Shown: positions 50,411 through 62,665 of the stretch, in pieces
Numbering within the stretch: position 1 is the first letter of the stretch
Layout of the letters: each line of letters opens with the position of its first letter
Program-made: the position numbers and the translations under genes
The notes under the pieces: generated by a model
The model's database searches: none
What the model saw: the letters and a program-made list of their open reading frames with translations, nothing else
Told to the model about the DNA's origin: nothing
From: Callorhinchus milii
Taxonomy: Eukaryota
Direction of reading: 5' to 3'
Length of the DNA stretch: 64,000 bases
Assembly: GCF_018977255.1 (NCBI RefSeq)
Contig: NW_024704742.1
Span: 58,654,001-58,718,000, forward strand

Positions 50411-52144
50411 TAAGTTATTACATTGTTGAAACATCACAATGTGATGCCCAGGATTTTACTGTAAAGTATATTTGTAGGTGGACATGGCAGCCAATTTGCA
50501 CACAGTCAGGTCCCTCCAACAGCCATGAAGTGAATGTACAAAATCCTAACGTGAGGCTTAAACCTTCTGACTCAGAGGTGAGAGAGTGCTAGCAACAGAG
50601 CCAAGCTGACACCTAAATGGATCAAACACTCACCTCTACTGCACTGTACACCCTTATGTTCCTAACCTTCCACGCAATTATTTTTTTCTTCTTTTATGCA
50701 CATCAACACCAGCCCACCTCCTACTGTTTCAGCTCAGAAGCCAGACACTGGAACATGTGTGAAAGGGACCCTGAGGTGACCGGATGTCTGATTTTCACCA
50801 GTCTGTGAGGGAACTGACTAACGTGCCACTCCAGGAGCCTCCCCTGACAGTTTGTCTAAAAATCAGAAGTAGGATAATGGGCAGGGTGGCAGCATGTTAG
50901 AGAGAGATCAGCGAGGTCATGAACAGAGTGGAAGAGAGGAAAAGGATGAGAAACCTTGGCACAGCAGCCAGGGTATGACATTTCTCACAAGATGATAACA
51001 CTGTAATGACCACCTCTAGGGTAAGTGCTGCAAATCACAACTGACCCGGAAAAAGCATGGCACTTAAGCAACCATCTACATTATAAGGACTCCTCCTGAG
51101 AATATACTTCAGACAGGTGTAATATATAAAAAGAAGTGGAAAGTCTGTGGTGGATTGAATGGAAATGCAGTGCATCCAGCAGTGTCCTTGTGCTACAGTA
51201 ATTATAAACTCCAGAAACTCGCAAAGCTTTCTACTATTTTTTTTGCTGATGTCTGATGCGGCTTCACATATTTTCGTGGCTAACAAAATACTGGATGGAT
51301 TAACCAGAGTGGTTAAAGAGATTTTTCTTCTAGCTTTCAACAAAAAAATCAATCGCTCCCAGCCTGTGAAGATGACATGATAATACATTCACTTTGAGGC
51401 TTAAGATCTCTGAAGCTTTGGGTGTGATTAATCAGGAATCAATCATATGATCAGGGCTAATAATCATCGCTACTTCGAATGATCTTCAGTTCTTCCTTCA
51501 ATGAAAGCTTTGCCTTTTCTTTGTTCGTAATTGCAGCAAAATGAATCTGCGTTGTACCATGCCTGTGTTTTAGAATCCCACCACAGGTTAAGATATTTTT
51601 AGGGTAACTCACTCCTCCTCTCGATTTTATTGGCATTCTTGGACATCTTTAAAAAATGGTTCAAAAGCAATGGTTCCCAATGTGGAGCAATTGTCTGGGA
51701 CGTCCTCCTGACATGAAAGACACTGTAATTTGTTGTTGTTGTCTAATATTTCAGTCCTGCTTCCTGTGCCTAGTGCAGCATGCAGAAAGAGACATTAATG
51801 ATGCTTCCTGCACAAAGTGGGCAGCTGGCTAGTCGGGGCAAAAGCTGTGTGTACCACTTCCATACTTTAGTGGGAGGACTGCTCTGTTTGCCTACAGGCT
51901 ATACAGCCACTTGGAAGTTGGTGTAAGAGGACCAATTAAGAAGAGTGATGGATAGGTTAATATTGAGCAACATGAAGAAGAACATTTTTTGGAAAAAGAT
52001 GTTGTTGAGGGAAAGAATGATTTTGAGGGGCAGAGATTTACTGGTGCAGATTTGTAGATTTTTAAAGGTGGGAGTACAGATAGGTACAGTGGAACAAACC
52101 ACAAATGTGTACAGTTACAGTGGCACAGTTAGGAGCACCCATAT

Positions 52145-52500
52145 AATCTATGCTGACATTCCAATGCGGTCCGGGGGGGGTGTTGCATTGTCAGAGGTGC
52201 CGTCCTTCGGATTAGACATTAAAAGTACGTTCGGTTTGCCTGTTCAGGTGGATGTTAAAGATTCCACTGCACTATTTGAAAAAAAGAAAGGTGTTTCTCC
52301 TGGCCAACAATCCCCCAAATAGAATTGGTCACTCATTCTATGGCTGTTTGTGAGACACTGCTATGCAAAAATTGGCTGCCGCATTCGCCATTAAAATACA
52401 CACAATCACACTACTTTACAGTATATCCTCTGAAGCGCATTGAGACATTTCATCTGCATGATAATGCGACAGTGTATCAAATGCAACAATTATTATTAAT
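52145..52500 (+). mobile_element. Old Deu-type SINE
   Basis: GCTGACATTCC..GCATTGTCAGAGGTGCCGTCCTTCGGAT..GCCTGTTCAGGTGGATGTTAAAGAT..AAATTGGCTGCCGC. Confidence 0.88.
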
Positions 52501-52582
52501 TTAAGTGCTCAGCGATGCTGCCCCACATTAAGGGTGCTAAATAAAGGCAAGTTGTTGTTCAATGGCATTCTGAATTGTATAT

Positions 52583-52944
52583 GGAGTCCTGTAGCTTAGT
52601 GGTTAGAGCACTCGCCTTGCAAGCAAGAAGCCCTGGATTCAATTCCCGGGCGGGGCAAAACGTTGGGTAACTTTCCTTTCTCCACACACCTCTGTTTACC
52701 GAGCAGTAAGTAGGAACCTAGTTGATAGGTGGTTCCCTTAAAAAAAATGTGGTCACTCAATCCATGACTGTTTGTGGGACACTGCTGTGCGCAATTGGAT
52801 GCTGCGTTTTGCCCACAAAATATACAGTTAATTCACTTTACATTATATTCTGTGAAGTGCTTTGATACGTCTCGAAGACTAGTGAGCTACAGGATTCCGC
52901 CTTATATCGTGATAAGGTGCTATATTAAATGCAAGAATTATTAT
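52583..52944 (+). mobile_element. Intermediate-subfamily SINE, full length
   Basis: GGAGTCCTGTAGCTTAGTGGTTAGAGC head; CCTCTGTTTACCGAGCAGTAAGTAGGAACC segment; Deu segment; tail. Confidence 0.9.
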
Positions 52945-52949
52945 ATACA

Positions 52950-53330
52950 GAAGCACTGAATACAAAAACAAGAAAGTGATGTTAAATTTACACAAGATAT
53001 TTAAGGCTATAGTTGGAATACTGTGCAGTTCTGAGCACTGCATTAAAGACACCAGAGTCATGGAAAGGCTAAGGCATGGATTGACATAGATTACATGAGC
53101 GATTGTGTGATAAGGGGTTATAGGGATGAGGACAAGCTCAACATTTCAGGATTGTTTTCACTGCAGCAAAGAAGGTCAAGAGGGGATCTAACAAAGGTCG
53201 CCAAAATTGTGAAAGGTTTTAAGGATAGATAGTGAAAGATTATTCCTGGTGGTAGTTGGATCGATAACAAGGGGCCAAAGCTCAGCGTTGTTACTGCATG
53301 ATTTAAGGAAGAGGGTAAAAAAATCACTCA
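52950..53330 (+). mobile_element. CR1 fragment, old
   Basis: TTGGAATACTGTGCAGTTCTG, TTTTCACTGCAGCAAAGAAGGTCAAGAGGGGATCT (FSL.QRR.RGDL motif). Confidence 0.75.
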
Positions 53331-55215
53331 GTGTTATTTGAAAATGTGACAGGTAAGGGTGTATGTTGTAACTGTATATTGTTATTGTATCTTGTGACAG
53401 ACCACACTGCAACTATGCAGTGTGACAGACTATGTCATACACCTTTACTGTGTTGCGTGACAGATGAGATCATGTACTGTTACTGTGCAGTGGGTCAGAC
53501 TGGGTCACCCATCACTTTGACTTGTCAGATTGTGTTCCTGTATCGTGAAACAGTCAAATAAAAAGGAAGTTATTGGAAAAAATAAGCGTTTGCAATTTTT
53601 TGAGTGAAGTGATTTCAACAGTCCCTTTGATGTCTAAACACAAAGGTATGAAAGACTGCTAAAAAGTGCTCTGCATGATAAATCTGGTCTTTGTGTTCAG
53701 CGACCATACGTCCATGTATCCAAAATTTTATATTTATCTCACTTATTTTTAAAAATGCCTGATAAATTTGCAGACAAATGGCAACTCAGCATTAAAATGC
53801 AAAATTATCTGACAACAAAGCTGGGTGCACCACATGATGAATCAGGTGCATACAGGAACGTATACAAGCTGTTGTTATGATTTCAAGTCAGCAATGCCTT
53901 CATTTTAATTCCCATTACATACAGGAACCCAAAAAATACTAAATGTTTTATTGCTGAGATGTTGGTGATCTGCAGGAATCAAAGTTATGATTTTAATGGC
54001 TAGTTATTTAACACGCCTCCCTGTGTTACTGCAATTAGGAAGATCTAAAAGAGAAGTTAGGAGGAACTACTTCACACAGAATAGTGAGAATGTGGAATCT
54101 GCTGCCCAAAATGGTGGTTGAAGCAGATGATATAGATGCATTTCAGAGGATGCTAGATGTACACAAAAACAACCACTTGCAATTAATATAGCGCCATTCA
54201 CACAGGATAGCTTCTCATAGTGCTTAACAGTTTGATGCCGAGTCGGGAGAAGGTGACCTGTGCACGGTCGAAAAAGAAGTTCTGCAAGTGTGATCTGATG
54301 ACAAGGAAGGAGGGAACAAGATGGACGCATTGAGGGAGAAAGTTCCATTCTTTCAACCGTAGTCTAAAAGCAGCCTTCAGTTTTCTATGGTTCAGGAAAA
54401 CGATTCCAAGATGTAGTTAATCTGAACAAAATTGAGGACAAAGGCTGAATGCAGCAAGGGTGGTAAAGGAAGACACAAAACCTGGAACTTGTTGCTTTCA
54501 GGTTCAGTTTTGGAGAAAAAAGTGGGAAAGGAAACACAAAACACAGTCAACTCGAACAATAAATAGCTTTGCAATGGGTTTCAAAAGTAAAGTGTTAATA
54601 GAAAACATTTAATGAAAACATTGAACCATACAAATGGTTCAAAATGTCTAACCTTTAACTTTGCTACAGTACTAACACATTATAACAAACTGTCATATTT
54701 AACAGGCTGAATAGTGTGGGTGGCATAATCTAATTATATGCCAGAAAGTTTCAGTGCACACCAATTGCACAGTAAACAATTCTACAGTAATGATTTTCAG
54801 GCTTCTCTGGCTTCAAGGATAGAAGCCAGGAGGTATATGGGGGTATTAAACCAGTTCTTAAATCTATGGGTATCTAAATTGGTCCTCGGGAGAAGCCCAT
54901 GTGTTTCAATACTTGTCACAATTCCCTCCTGTGCTTTGAGAATTATCTCATAGGACTGAAGGCCCGTCACCGCAGTACTGCCAGAGGGGTTTGGTAACAA
55001 GGTTTTGTAAATATCACAATAGAAAGGTAATATTTACTGCAGAGGTAGTTGTTGCTCGATATTGCTAGGTAAGTAAGAGCAGTGTTACCAGTGCAGGTCA
55101 CGTGGAAATGAATGTGCTTTCCTAAGGGACTTGATGGATAAACAATCTGGTATGTGTGTGCATGTTCATTCATGCCTTTGTTACACCTCCACTTGATTTT
55201 CCCCAAACACTCCTT

Positions 55216-55321
55216 AATAATAATAATAATAATAATCCTTGCATTTGATATAGCGCTTTTCACGTCGGGAGAACGTCCCAAAGCGCTTCACAGAACACAC
55301 TGTAAAGTGAATTGACTGTAT
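55216..55321 (-). mobile_element. Young SINE, 5'-truncated 3' end
   Basis: Reverse complement differs from 56129-56232 at only two positions that I could see. Confidence 0.93.
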
Positions 55322-55786
55322 AATTCCTTGCCAGCCTCCTAAGTTCCACCATCTATAATTTCTAGCTGATTCAAACCTCTGCCACTCTCATAAACTGCAC
55401 ATGCCCATCACCCCAATCCCCTGGGCTTCCAGTTGATCAACTTCAAAGTCCTCACCCTCACTCATAAATCCATTCACACCCTAGCACCTCTGTGATCTTC
55501 TCTTCTACACATGCTCTGTGCTCAGCTAATAAGAGCCTGCAGCACGTCCCCTACACCACCAATGGTAGCCGAACCTTCAGCAAATATGCCCCTCACGTCT
55601 GGAGCTTCCCCCCTCTACCATCCATCTCGCCCGCTATCTTCCTGTCTTTAAATCCGACCTATAAACATGCCTATAATCACTTCCCCCCACTCCATCTCCT
55701 CCCTTGCCCACTTTCCAACTTGTGAAGTGCTCTAAGACATTATCCCATGTAAAGGACATTATAAAAATGCAAGTTGGTGTGGTTGT
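55322..55786 (+). mobile_element. L2 3' fragment, old
   Basis: CTTCAAAGTCCTCACCCTC, ACCTTCAGCAAATATGCCCC, decayed stem-loop and tail. Confidence 0.8.
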
Positions 55787-55911
55787 AGATGTGTGTGCAA
55801 ATTTGTGTGTGTTTGTATGCATGTATGAAACAAGGCCTTTAGAAGAAGAGCGAAGAAACCAGGTTGATTCATTAAAATTCAGATAACTATCCCATTTAAT
55901 GATTATTATTC

Positions 55912-56236
55912 GGAGTCCTGTAGCTCAGTGGTTAGAGCACTCGCTTTGCAAGTGAGAGACCTGAGTTCAATTCCAGGCAGAGCGAAACCTTGGGCAAGTT
56001 TTCTTACTCCACACACCTAATAATAATCCCTCCAAAACCCAAAACAATAATAAATTGGTTATTTTTCAATCTACGACTGTTTGTGGGACATTGCTGTGCG
56101 CAATTGGTTGCCGCGTTCGCCCACAAATATACAGTCAATTCACTTTACAGTGTGTTCTGTGAAGCGCTTTGGGACGTCCTCCCGACATGAAAAGCGCTAT
56201 ATCAAATGCAAGGATTATTATTATTATTATTATTAT
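55912..56236 (+). mobile_element. Young tRNA(Ala)-headed SINE, full length
   Basis: Near-identical to the copies at 20766 and 41972; long (ATT)n tail. Confidence 0.96.
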
Positions 56237-56324
56237 GTAACACTATATCCTGTGAAGTTGACGTTTGAGACGTCTAGACATGGTGATAAGATGCTAATCA
56301 AATGTAAGGATTATTATGTATATT

Positions 56325-56452
56325 ATATGTGTGTGTACGTATGTGTGTGAGTGTGATACAGATGTATGTGTGTATGCATGTATATGTGTGTCTATCTGTG
56401 TGCACACATGTGCACGTATGCATGTATATACATATGTAAGTGTGTAAATATG
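56325..56452. repeat. Imperfect (TG/TA/CA)n alternating purine-pyrimidine microsatellite
   Basis: TATGTGTGTGTACGTATGTGTGTG..TGCACACATGTGCACGTATGCATGTATATACATATG. Confidence 0.9.
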
Positions 56453-57239
56453 CAGTGGAAAGAATCCTAACTCTCCAAAACCCTCCTATCAGCTGAAAAA
56501 ACATTAAGAAAATGCAAGTTGGGGTGGTTGTAGGTGTGTGCTGTTAGCTTGTTGCATAGCAAGAATATTTCTAACACAAGACGTTTCAATTGAACCTTAG
56601 GAAACGTTCATAAACTGTTTACAAAAATAAATGTCTTGTAGGAATTTGTGAGTTGGGCAGTTTTTTTTAAGATGGAAAGCAAGACTCGATCTCATTGATG
56701 GAATAACCCTACAGAAAAACTGGAACAACTATCCTCCACTATCCCCCAATTAAACTCTCATCACAAATCATTACCCATACATATCAAAGCAAATTAAAAT
56801 AAACTGTGTACTAAAAAAAACTTAAGTTTTTAATTTCTCTGTTACCTGCAACAATTGGCTCTTTTACAGTTTTGTTTTCTGACGCAATCATCACCCTTAG
56901 ACAACCCTTTTTACTAAGTTGATATTTGTCTTTCCCTAAATGAATATTTACCTTCAGCAAACTGCTGCAAAATGCTGTACAATTTATTGCAGCCAAAACT
57001 GAATGCCATTTGAGAAAAAGTAGCTCTTTGTTATCAAGAAGTCAGTGTTCCAGGCACAAAATACAAGAGTGTTTTTTTGCACAATAACAGTGACCATTCC
57101 CAGTAAAATAGTCTAAATCCCATGACCTCTGCTACAACCTGCATTGTTTGTGCCTCCTTCGCCAGCAAAGGAACATCAGCTCGTAGGGATGAGCTCCTGG
57201 ACTTATTTGGCATTCAACTTTACAAAGAAAGATTTAGAA

Positions 57240-58425
57240 AGAATGTACGTGGAGAAGCCACTTGGCCCAACCAGTCTGTGCTGGTATTTATATTCCACAT
57301 GAGTCTCCACCCATTCCTTACTCCCTCCCTTACCCTTCTATTCCCCTCTCCATCATGTGAAGGTCTAGCTTCCTCTTGAATGCATCTACACTATCTGATT
57401 CAAGCAAGGCTTAAGGCAGCAAGTTCCATAATCTCATTACCATCTGTGTGAAGTAGTTCCTCCTAAATTCTCTTTTAGATCCCTTAGTTGCTATCTTATA
57501 TTTATGTCCACTGGTTACAGACTCTCCAACGAGTTGGCACAGCCGATTTATGTTAACCTTTTCAAATCCTTGTATAATTTTAAACACTTCTATTAGGTCA
57601 TCCTTTAAATGTCTCTTCTCTAGCAAAAAAAAAGGCCCAACCTATCCAGCCTATTTCGATAGCAGTAACCCGCCAGACTTGGTTTCATCCTCATAAACTT
57701 TTTATAATGTGGAGACCAGAATAGGACACCATACTCTAAATATGTCCAAAGGTTATTTTTTATGAATTTAACATCATCTCTTCACTTTTATATTTTATCC
57801 CTCTGGATATAAAGCCAACACCCCATTGAACCTTTTATAACTTTATCTCCTGTAGCTACATTTAGAGATTGTGGATTGGAATCCCCAGATCTCTTTGCTC
57901 CTCTTAGGTTCCTACCATATGATTATAGACAACTTCTTTATTTTTCCTGCCAAATGAAATACCGCGCTTTTTCCTACATTAAACTACTTCAGCCCATTCT
58001 GCTAGGCTATTTATGTCTTCCTGCATTCTTCTGCAATTGTCTTCGCTGTCCACCATGCCCCCCACCCCCCAGTTTGATGTCGTCTGCAAATTTTGACACC
58101 ACACCTCCTAATAATAATAATAATCCTTGCATTTTGATATAGCGCTTTTCACATCTTTTTTTTAGATGTCTCAAAGTGTTTCACAGAAAATACTGGAAAG
58201 TGAATTGACTGTATATTTGTTGGCGAAACGTGGCAGCCAATTGCGCACAGCAGTGTCCCACAAACAGTCGTGGATTGAAGTAACCAATTTATTATTGTTC
58301 TTTTTCTTGAGGGATTATTATCAGGCGTGTGGAGTAAGGAAACTCCTATACCTGAATCCAAATCATTTATGTATATGGTAAACAGTAGTGGTCCTAACAC
58401 AGATCCATGTGGCTCACATCCTTCC
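57240..58425 (-). mobile_element. CR1 LINE, 5'-truncated, RT remnant interrupted by a SINE
   Basis: [22 protein letters not shown]|(SINE)|GVVSKFADD; LEKRHLKDDLIEVFKII..GHKYKI..LWNLLP. Confidence 0.93.
58111..58342 (-). mobile_element. 5'-truncated SINE (short-form subfamily) nested in the CR1 RT
   Basis: TSD CTCCTA at 58105-58110 and 58343-58348. Confidence 0.93.
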
Positions 58426-61211
58426 ACATCCGACTGTAGACAAAATGTTTCTGGGCAAGCAGTCACTGAATGCAAACTAAAAAAACTAAGAAGAATTATT
58501 TTAAGAGACAAAGAAATGGCAACATAGTGAAGGGACTGGGGCTCATACAAGAGCCAGCTGAGACTAACTAAAAGTGATTGTGTAAGACGGTAATGGAAAG
58601 ATGGATTGTGGATAGTGCAACAGGGATCAAAATGCTTTCTTTATTTTGTAGGAAACAGATGAAGTGTTTGGAGACAAGTTGAGTCTTATAAGGGATAAAT
58701 TGGGTTGAAATATTATGCGGGAAAAAAAATAAAAAAATGGCATATGTGTTCAATTAATACTTCATAAACATTTGCTTTGGACAAATTGCTGCGCCAGTCA
58801 ATCGGGGTCAGGAATGTCTAAAATTTGTAGTAGTCAATAAACTATATGTATAACTTATAAAATAAACCCCAATGGGGTCTACTTTCCAATCTGAGGAATG
58901 AAACCTTTCCTCGCACTGACACAAGTCTGACTTTCCACCTGTGCTGCTTATCACTCCCCACCCACATTTTTGAAATATCTATCTTTAGTTTTGTAATTTC
59001 AGCCCCTAACAATGGCAATTCCAACAACAGGGATCTACAAGGTAATGACAAGTGACACATCTTTGCAAGGTGCATTGCCCATCAGTAGGTAAATAAAATT
59101 TATGACTGCCCAATTGAAGACTGCTGAAATTGCAAAACTAAAGATAGTTTTAAAAAAAATTGATATATTTTTTGCTTCCTATTTCCTCGATGACTGGAGT
59201 TTAAACCCATCTGCTTCAAGTTGTCATAAATATTTAGATGTCTAAGTTTCCTGATAGCTGAACTCATAGTGTGGTGCAGAACCAGAGGAAGATCAAAGTT
59301 CAATTCTTTCTTAGGATTAGGATTTCAGCTGGATGTGTGTACGCTCTCAGCAGCTTCCTAATGTACAAGTCTGATGTGACTGGCATTGTTTATGGCTTCT
59401 ATGAGAAGCCACGTAAAGCGCTCATTATATAGGCATTCTGCAATAATTCTGCCAGAGACAGTTTCAAAAGCCTAGGTTCAGTTTTCCATGGATTACTTCT
59501 ATTTCGAATGGCTGACACTCATCGGGGCCCTTTTTGTTGACAGACTTCTGGAGACGTCTCGGGTTAGAAAGGGTTACGTTAATTTCCCTGGCGGTTAGCT
59601 AATGACAGAAATAAATCTTCAAACAAAACAAGCCATTGTTCTCGCCAGTGTTTTGGCATTTATCCTGGACATGATGTGAAATAAATCTGAAACAGACATT
59701 GTAGATTTACTCAGGCAGGGTTGGCGCCATGCACCCTCAGTAGGAGCGCTCACTGCACATCATGAATCAAGCATTCTGAAAGTGACACTACGTCATCTAA
59801 AGACAACATTTACGCAGAAGGCACTGCCGATTATGCACTGCTCTAATGCATTCAATGCTGAGAATTACACACAAGTCTTACAGTGATGAGCGAACATTGA
59901 AATTCTCTCCCTTCCCACTTGTCACTCAGCAGGCAGAAATGAGCTTTACGTACTCAAACTCAGCAGGAGTTAAAGGAGATGAAAGGCGGCGTGGATGGGC
60001 GGAATATTTCTCAATTTCAGTCCAAGTAAATTAAAAAGCGCAAGTCAGAGAGCACATACTTAAAATAAAAATAATCCTTGAATTTGATACAGCACCTTTC
60101 ACGTTGGGAGGATGCTTCAAAGCACTCCACAGGATTGGCTGAAAAGTGTAGTGACTGTGAACTTTGTACAGGTGAATGCAGTAGCCGATTTGCAAGCAGC
60201 AATGTCAAACCACCATCATTGTTCAGCGCTCCAAGATGCTATGCTACATGATGGGCTCTATATAAATAAGTTGTTGTTATTGTTGTTTATAAGAAACATT
60301 TGAAATTCTACAAGGAAGGAGACTCAATGGATAAGGACTGAATGGATGAGGACTTCAGAAATATTTATTTGAATTCCTCTTTCTTAAAGTTTTCCTGAGG
60401 CAGGCCATCGAAGGCACTCCACACATTTCTTTGTCATCAAACATCTGGGCTGCTAAAGCACCATATGGGTCTGGGTAAATCCCTTACCACCTTAAGGCAA
60501 CTCCTCCTCCTTTCCCACTGCCCACCCTCCATCCACAGTACAAATGAACATCCTGCTGCATTTTTCATTCCCAATAAATAAAAGTAATCCATTCCGCTAA
60601 TTCATTCCTAGAATTTAAACTTTTCTTTAAAACTTCAAAGTATTTAACCTGTACAGATGCCTCAAGCTGGATCCCTGAAGGAGGTGCTGAAATGTAGAAA
60701 TATTCATCACAGAAGAAGGCCCATTTGGCCCATTATGTCCCAGCCAGTAAGAAGCTGGGAGAGCTATCGAAAATAAACACCACTTATGCTTAGCATGGTA
60801 AGACCTCTTTGAAATGTAAGATTGTGGAAAATTTCCAATTTCAATTTTAATTTGGAACCAGTTTTCCACAGTTCTAAAAAGAACCAGCTTCCAAATTAAG
60901 ATTGAATTCAAGAAGTTTCTATCATTCCGTGTGATCTTAAATTTTATGACAAAATCGGTTTATCATACTTAAATGAAGTGTAATTCTGGACCTACCATCC
61001 TGCTCTTAATTGTTAATACCACAGGACAGATACACAGGTTTGCATCCCAGAATATTTACCAAGTTACCCAGTGATCAATCTTTCACTATGGACATCGTAA
61101 CAAATAAATACTGGGAAGCACACTTGCAATCATTACCTGCACTGACAGGCACTCCTCACACCTAGGGGTGAAATTCCATCTGTTGGTAAAGTCACTGATC
61201 TTGGTAGCGGT

Positions 61212-61330
61212 GGGGGCCTACTTATTGCTAGGTAAAAAAAGGCGTGTGGAGTAAGGAAACTTGCCCAACATTTCGCCCTGTCGAGAATCGAACCCAGGTC
61301 CTCTCACTTGCGAGGCGAGTGCTCTAAACA
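61212..61330 (-). mobile_element. SINE 5' part (tRNA head plus central segment)
   Basis: Reverse complement TTAGAGCACTCGCCTCGCAAGTGAGAGGACCTGGGTTCGATTCTC..TTGGGCAAGTTTCCTTACTCCACACGCC. Confidence 0.88.
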
Positions 61331-61357
61331 GACTCATCTCAAGAATGAGCTGATTCT

Positions 61358-61485
61358 AAGAACATAAGGACATAGGAACACGAGTAGACCATTCAGCCCG
61401 TTGAATCTACTCCACCATTTTGTTAGATCACAGCTGATCTGCAATTTAATACCATTCCCCTGCTCTTTCACTGTATCCCTTGCCT
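61358..61485 (-). mobile_element. CR1 3' tip
   Basis: AAGAACATAAGGACATAGGAAC terminal repeats, GACCATTCAGCCC. Confidence 0.8.
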
Positions 61486-62278
61486 CCAAATTAAGTTTCA
61501 ATTTGAGACATTTTTAAAATTCTGCAGGAGCTTAAAATTTAAAACAATCATTTAAAACAATGTTTAAGAACATAAGAAATTTCAGGCTCCAAGTATTTTA
61601 CTTGTATAGATCTCACTCATTTATAAAGGAAAACAATCATTATATGAATTTCTGCATTCCAGTGATCCAACAATTATTAAGTTTTGGAATTTTGGCAGGA
61701 AAACAGTGTCAAGTGGGTTGGAACATTCCCATCTCTGGAGTCTCAGTTCGTGCCCTACTCAAAGTGATAGGCCGAGAAATCTCAGGATATGTTCTGAGAG
61801 GGTAAGGCCCAAAGGAAAGTATAGGAAGGATATAGAAGAGGGAATTGGTATGAGTGGAGGCTCATGGAGTATAAACACTAGTATGGACTATTTGGAATGA
61901 ATTGCCTATTCCTGTGCTGTCAATTTCTATGCAGTTCTATATAAATGACCACTGTTCACAAGTTCCCAGGCATTGGCAACATTTAATGTTATCAATGCTT
62001 TCAAATTAATGGGAGCATGTTGCACTATCCGCTTTGTCAATTCTCACCTAGCTTCCCACTACAAACAGAGAACTCTCAGGCTCTATTTATGGATTATTTA
62101 GAAAGGGGAAGATGGCAGGGATTATGAGGACAGGATCCTGGTATATTGTGATCTTTGGTATAATTATTGTACTTTTAGATTTAAGATAAGGTTTTTCACT
62201 CAAGATTTCGCAACATAAGCAAAATAATTCAGCAGGGTCATGCCATGTACTGAAACTCTTAACTACATTTGTGATTTG

Positions 62279-62665
62279 GTGTCAGCCTGATTCAGTTGGG
62301 AACTCTCTAGCCTGAGTCAGAGTTGTGGGTTCAAGCCCTCCTGACAGGAATCATAAAGTCTAAGGTGACCCTTTTATTCAGTGCTGGAGGTCTTCTGCAT
62401 TGTTGGAGTTGCTTTTCTGCGGTGAGTTGTTAAACCGAGGTCCTGTCTGTCTGTTCAGGTGGACGTTAAAGATCCCATGGCACAATCCAAAAAAACAAAG
62501 GAGTGTCTCCCATTATCCTGGCCAACAATCCCCTAAATAAAATTGATCATTCACTTCACGGCTGTTTGTTGCGTTAACCCACAAAATACATCCCATGTTA
62601 CAGTATATCACGTAAACTATTTGACATTCTCCTGCAAATGCTATCAAATGCAAGGATTGTTGTTG
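62279..62665 (+). mobile_element. Old Deu-type SINE, near full length
   Basis: GTGTCAGCCTGATTCAGTTGG head, GTTAAACCGAGGTCCTGTCTG..GTTCAGGTGGACGTTAAAGATCCCATGGCAC, tail. Confidence 0.88.
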
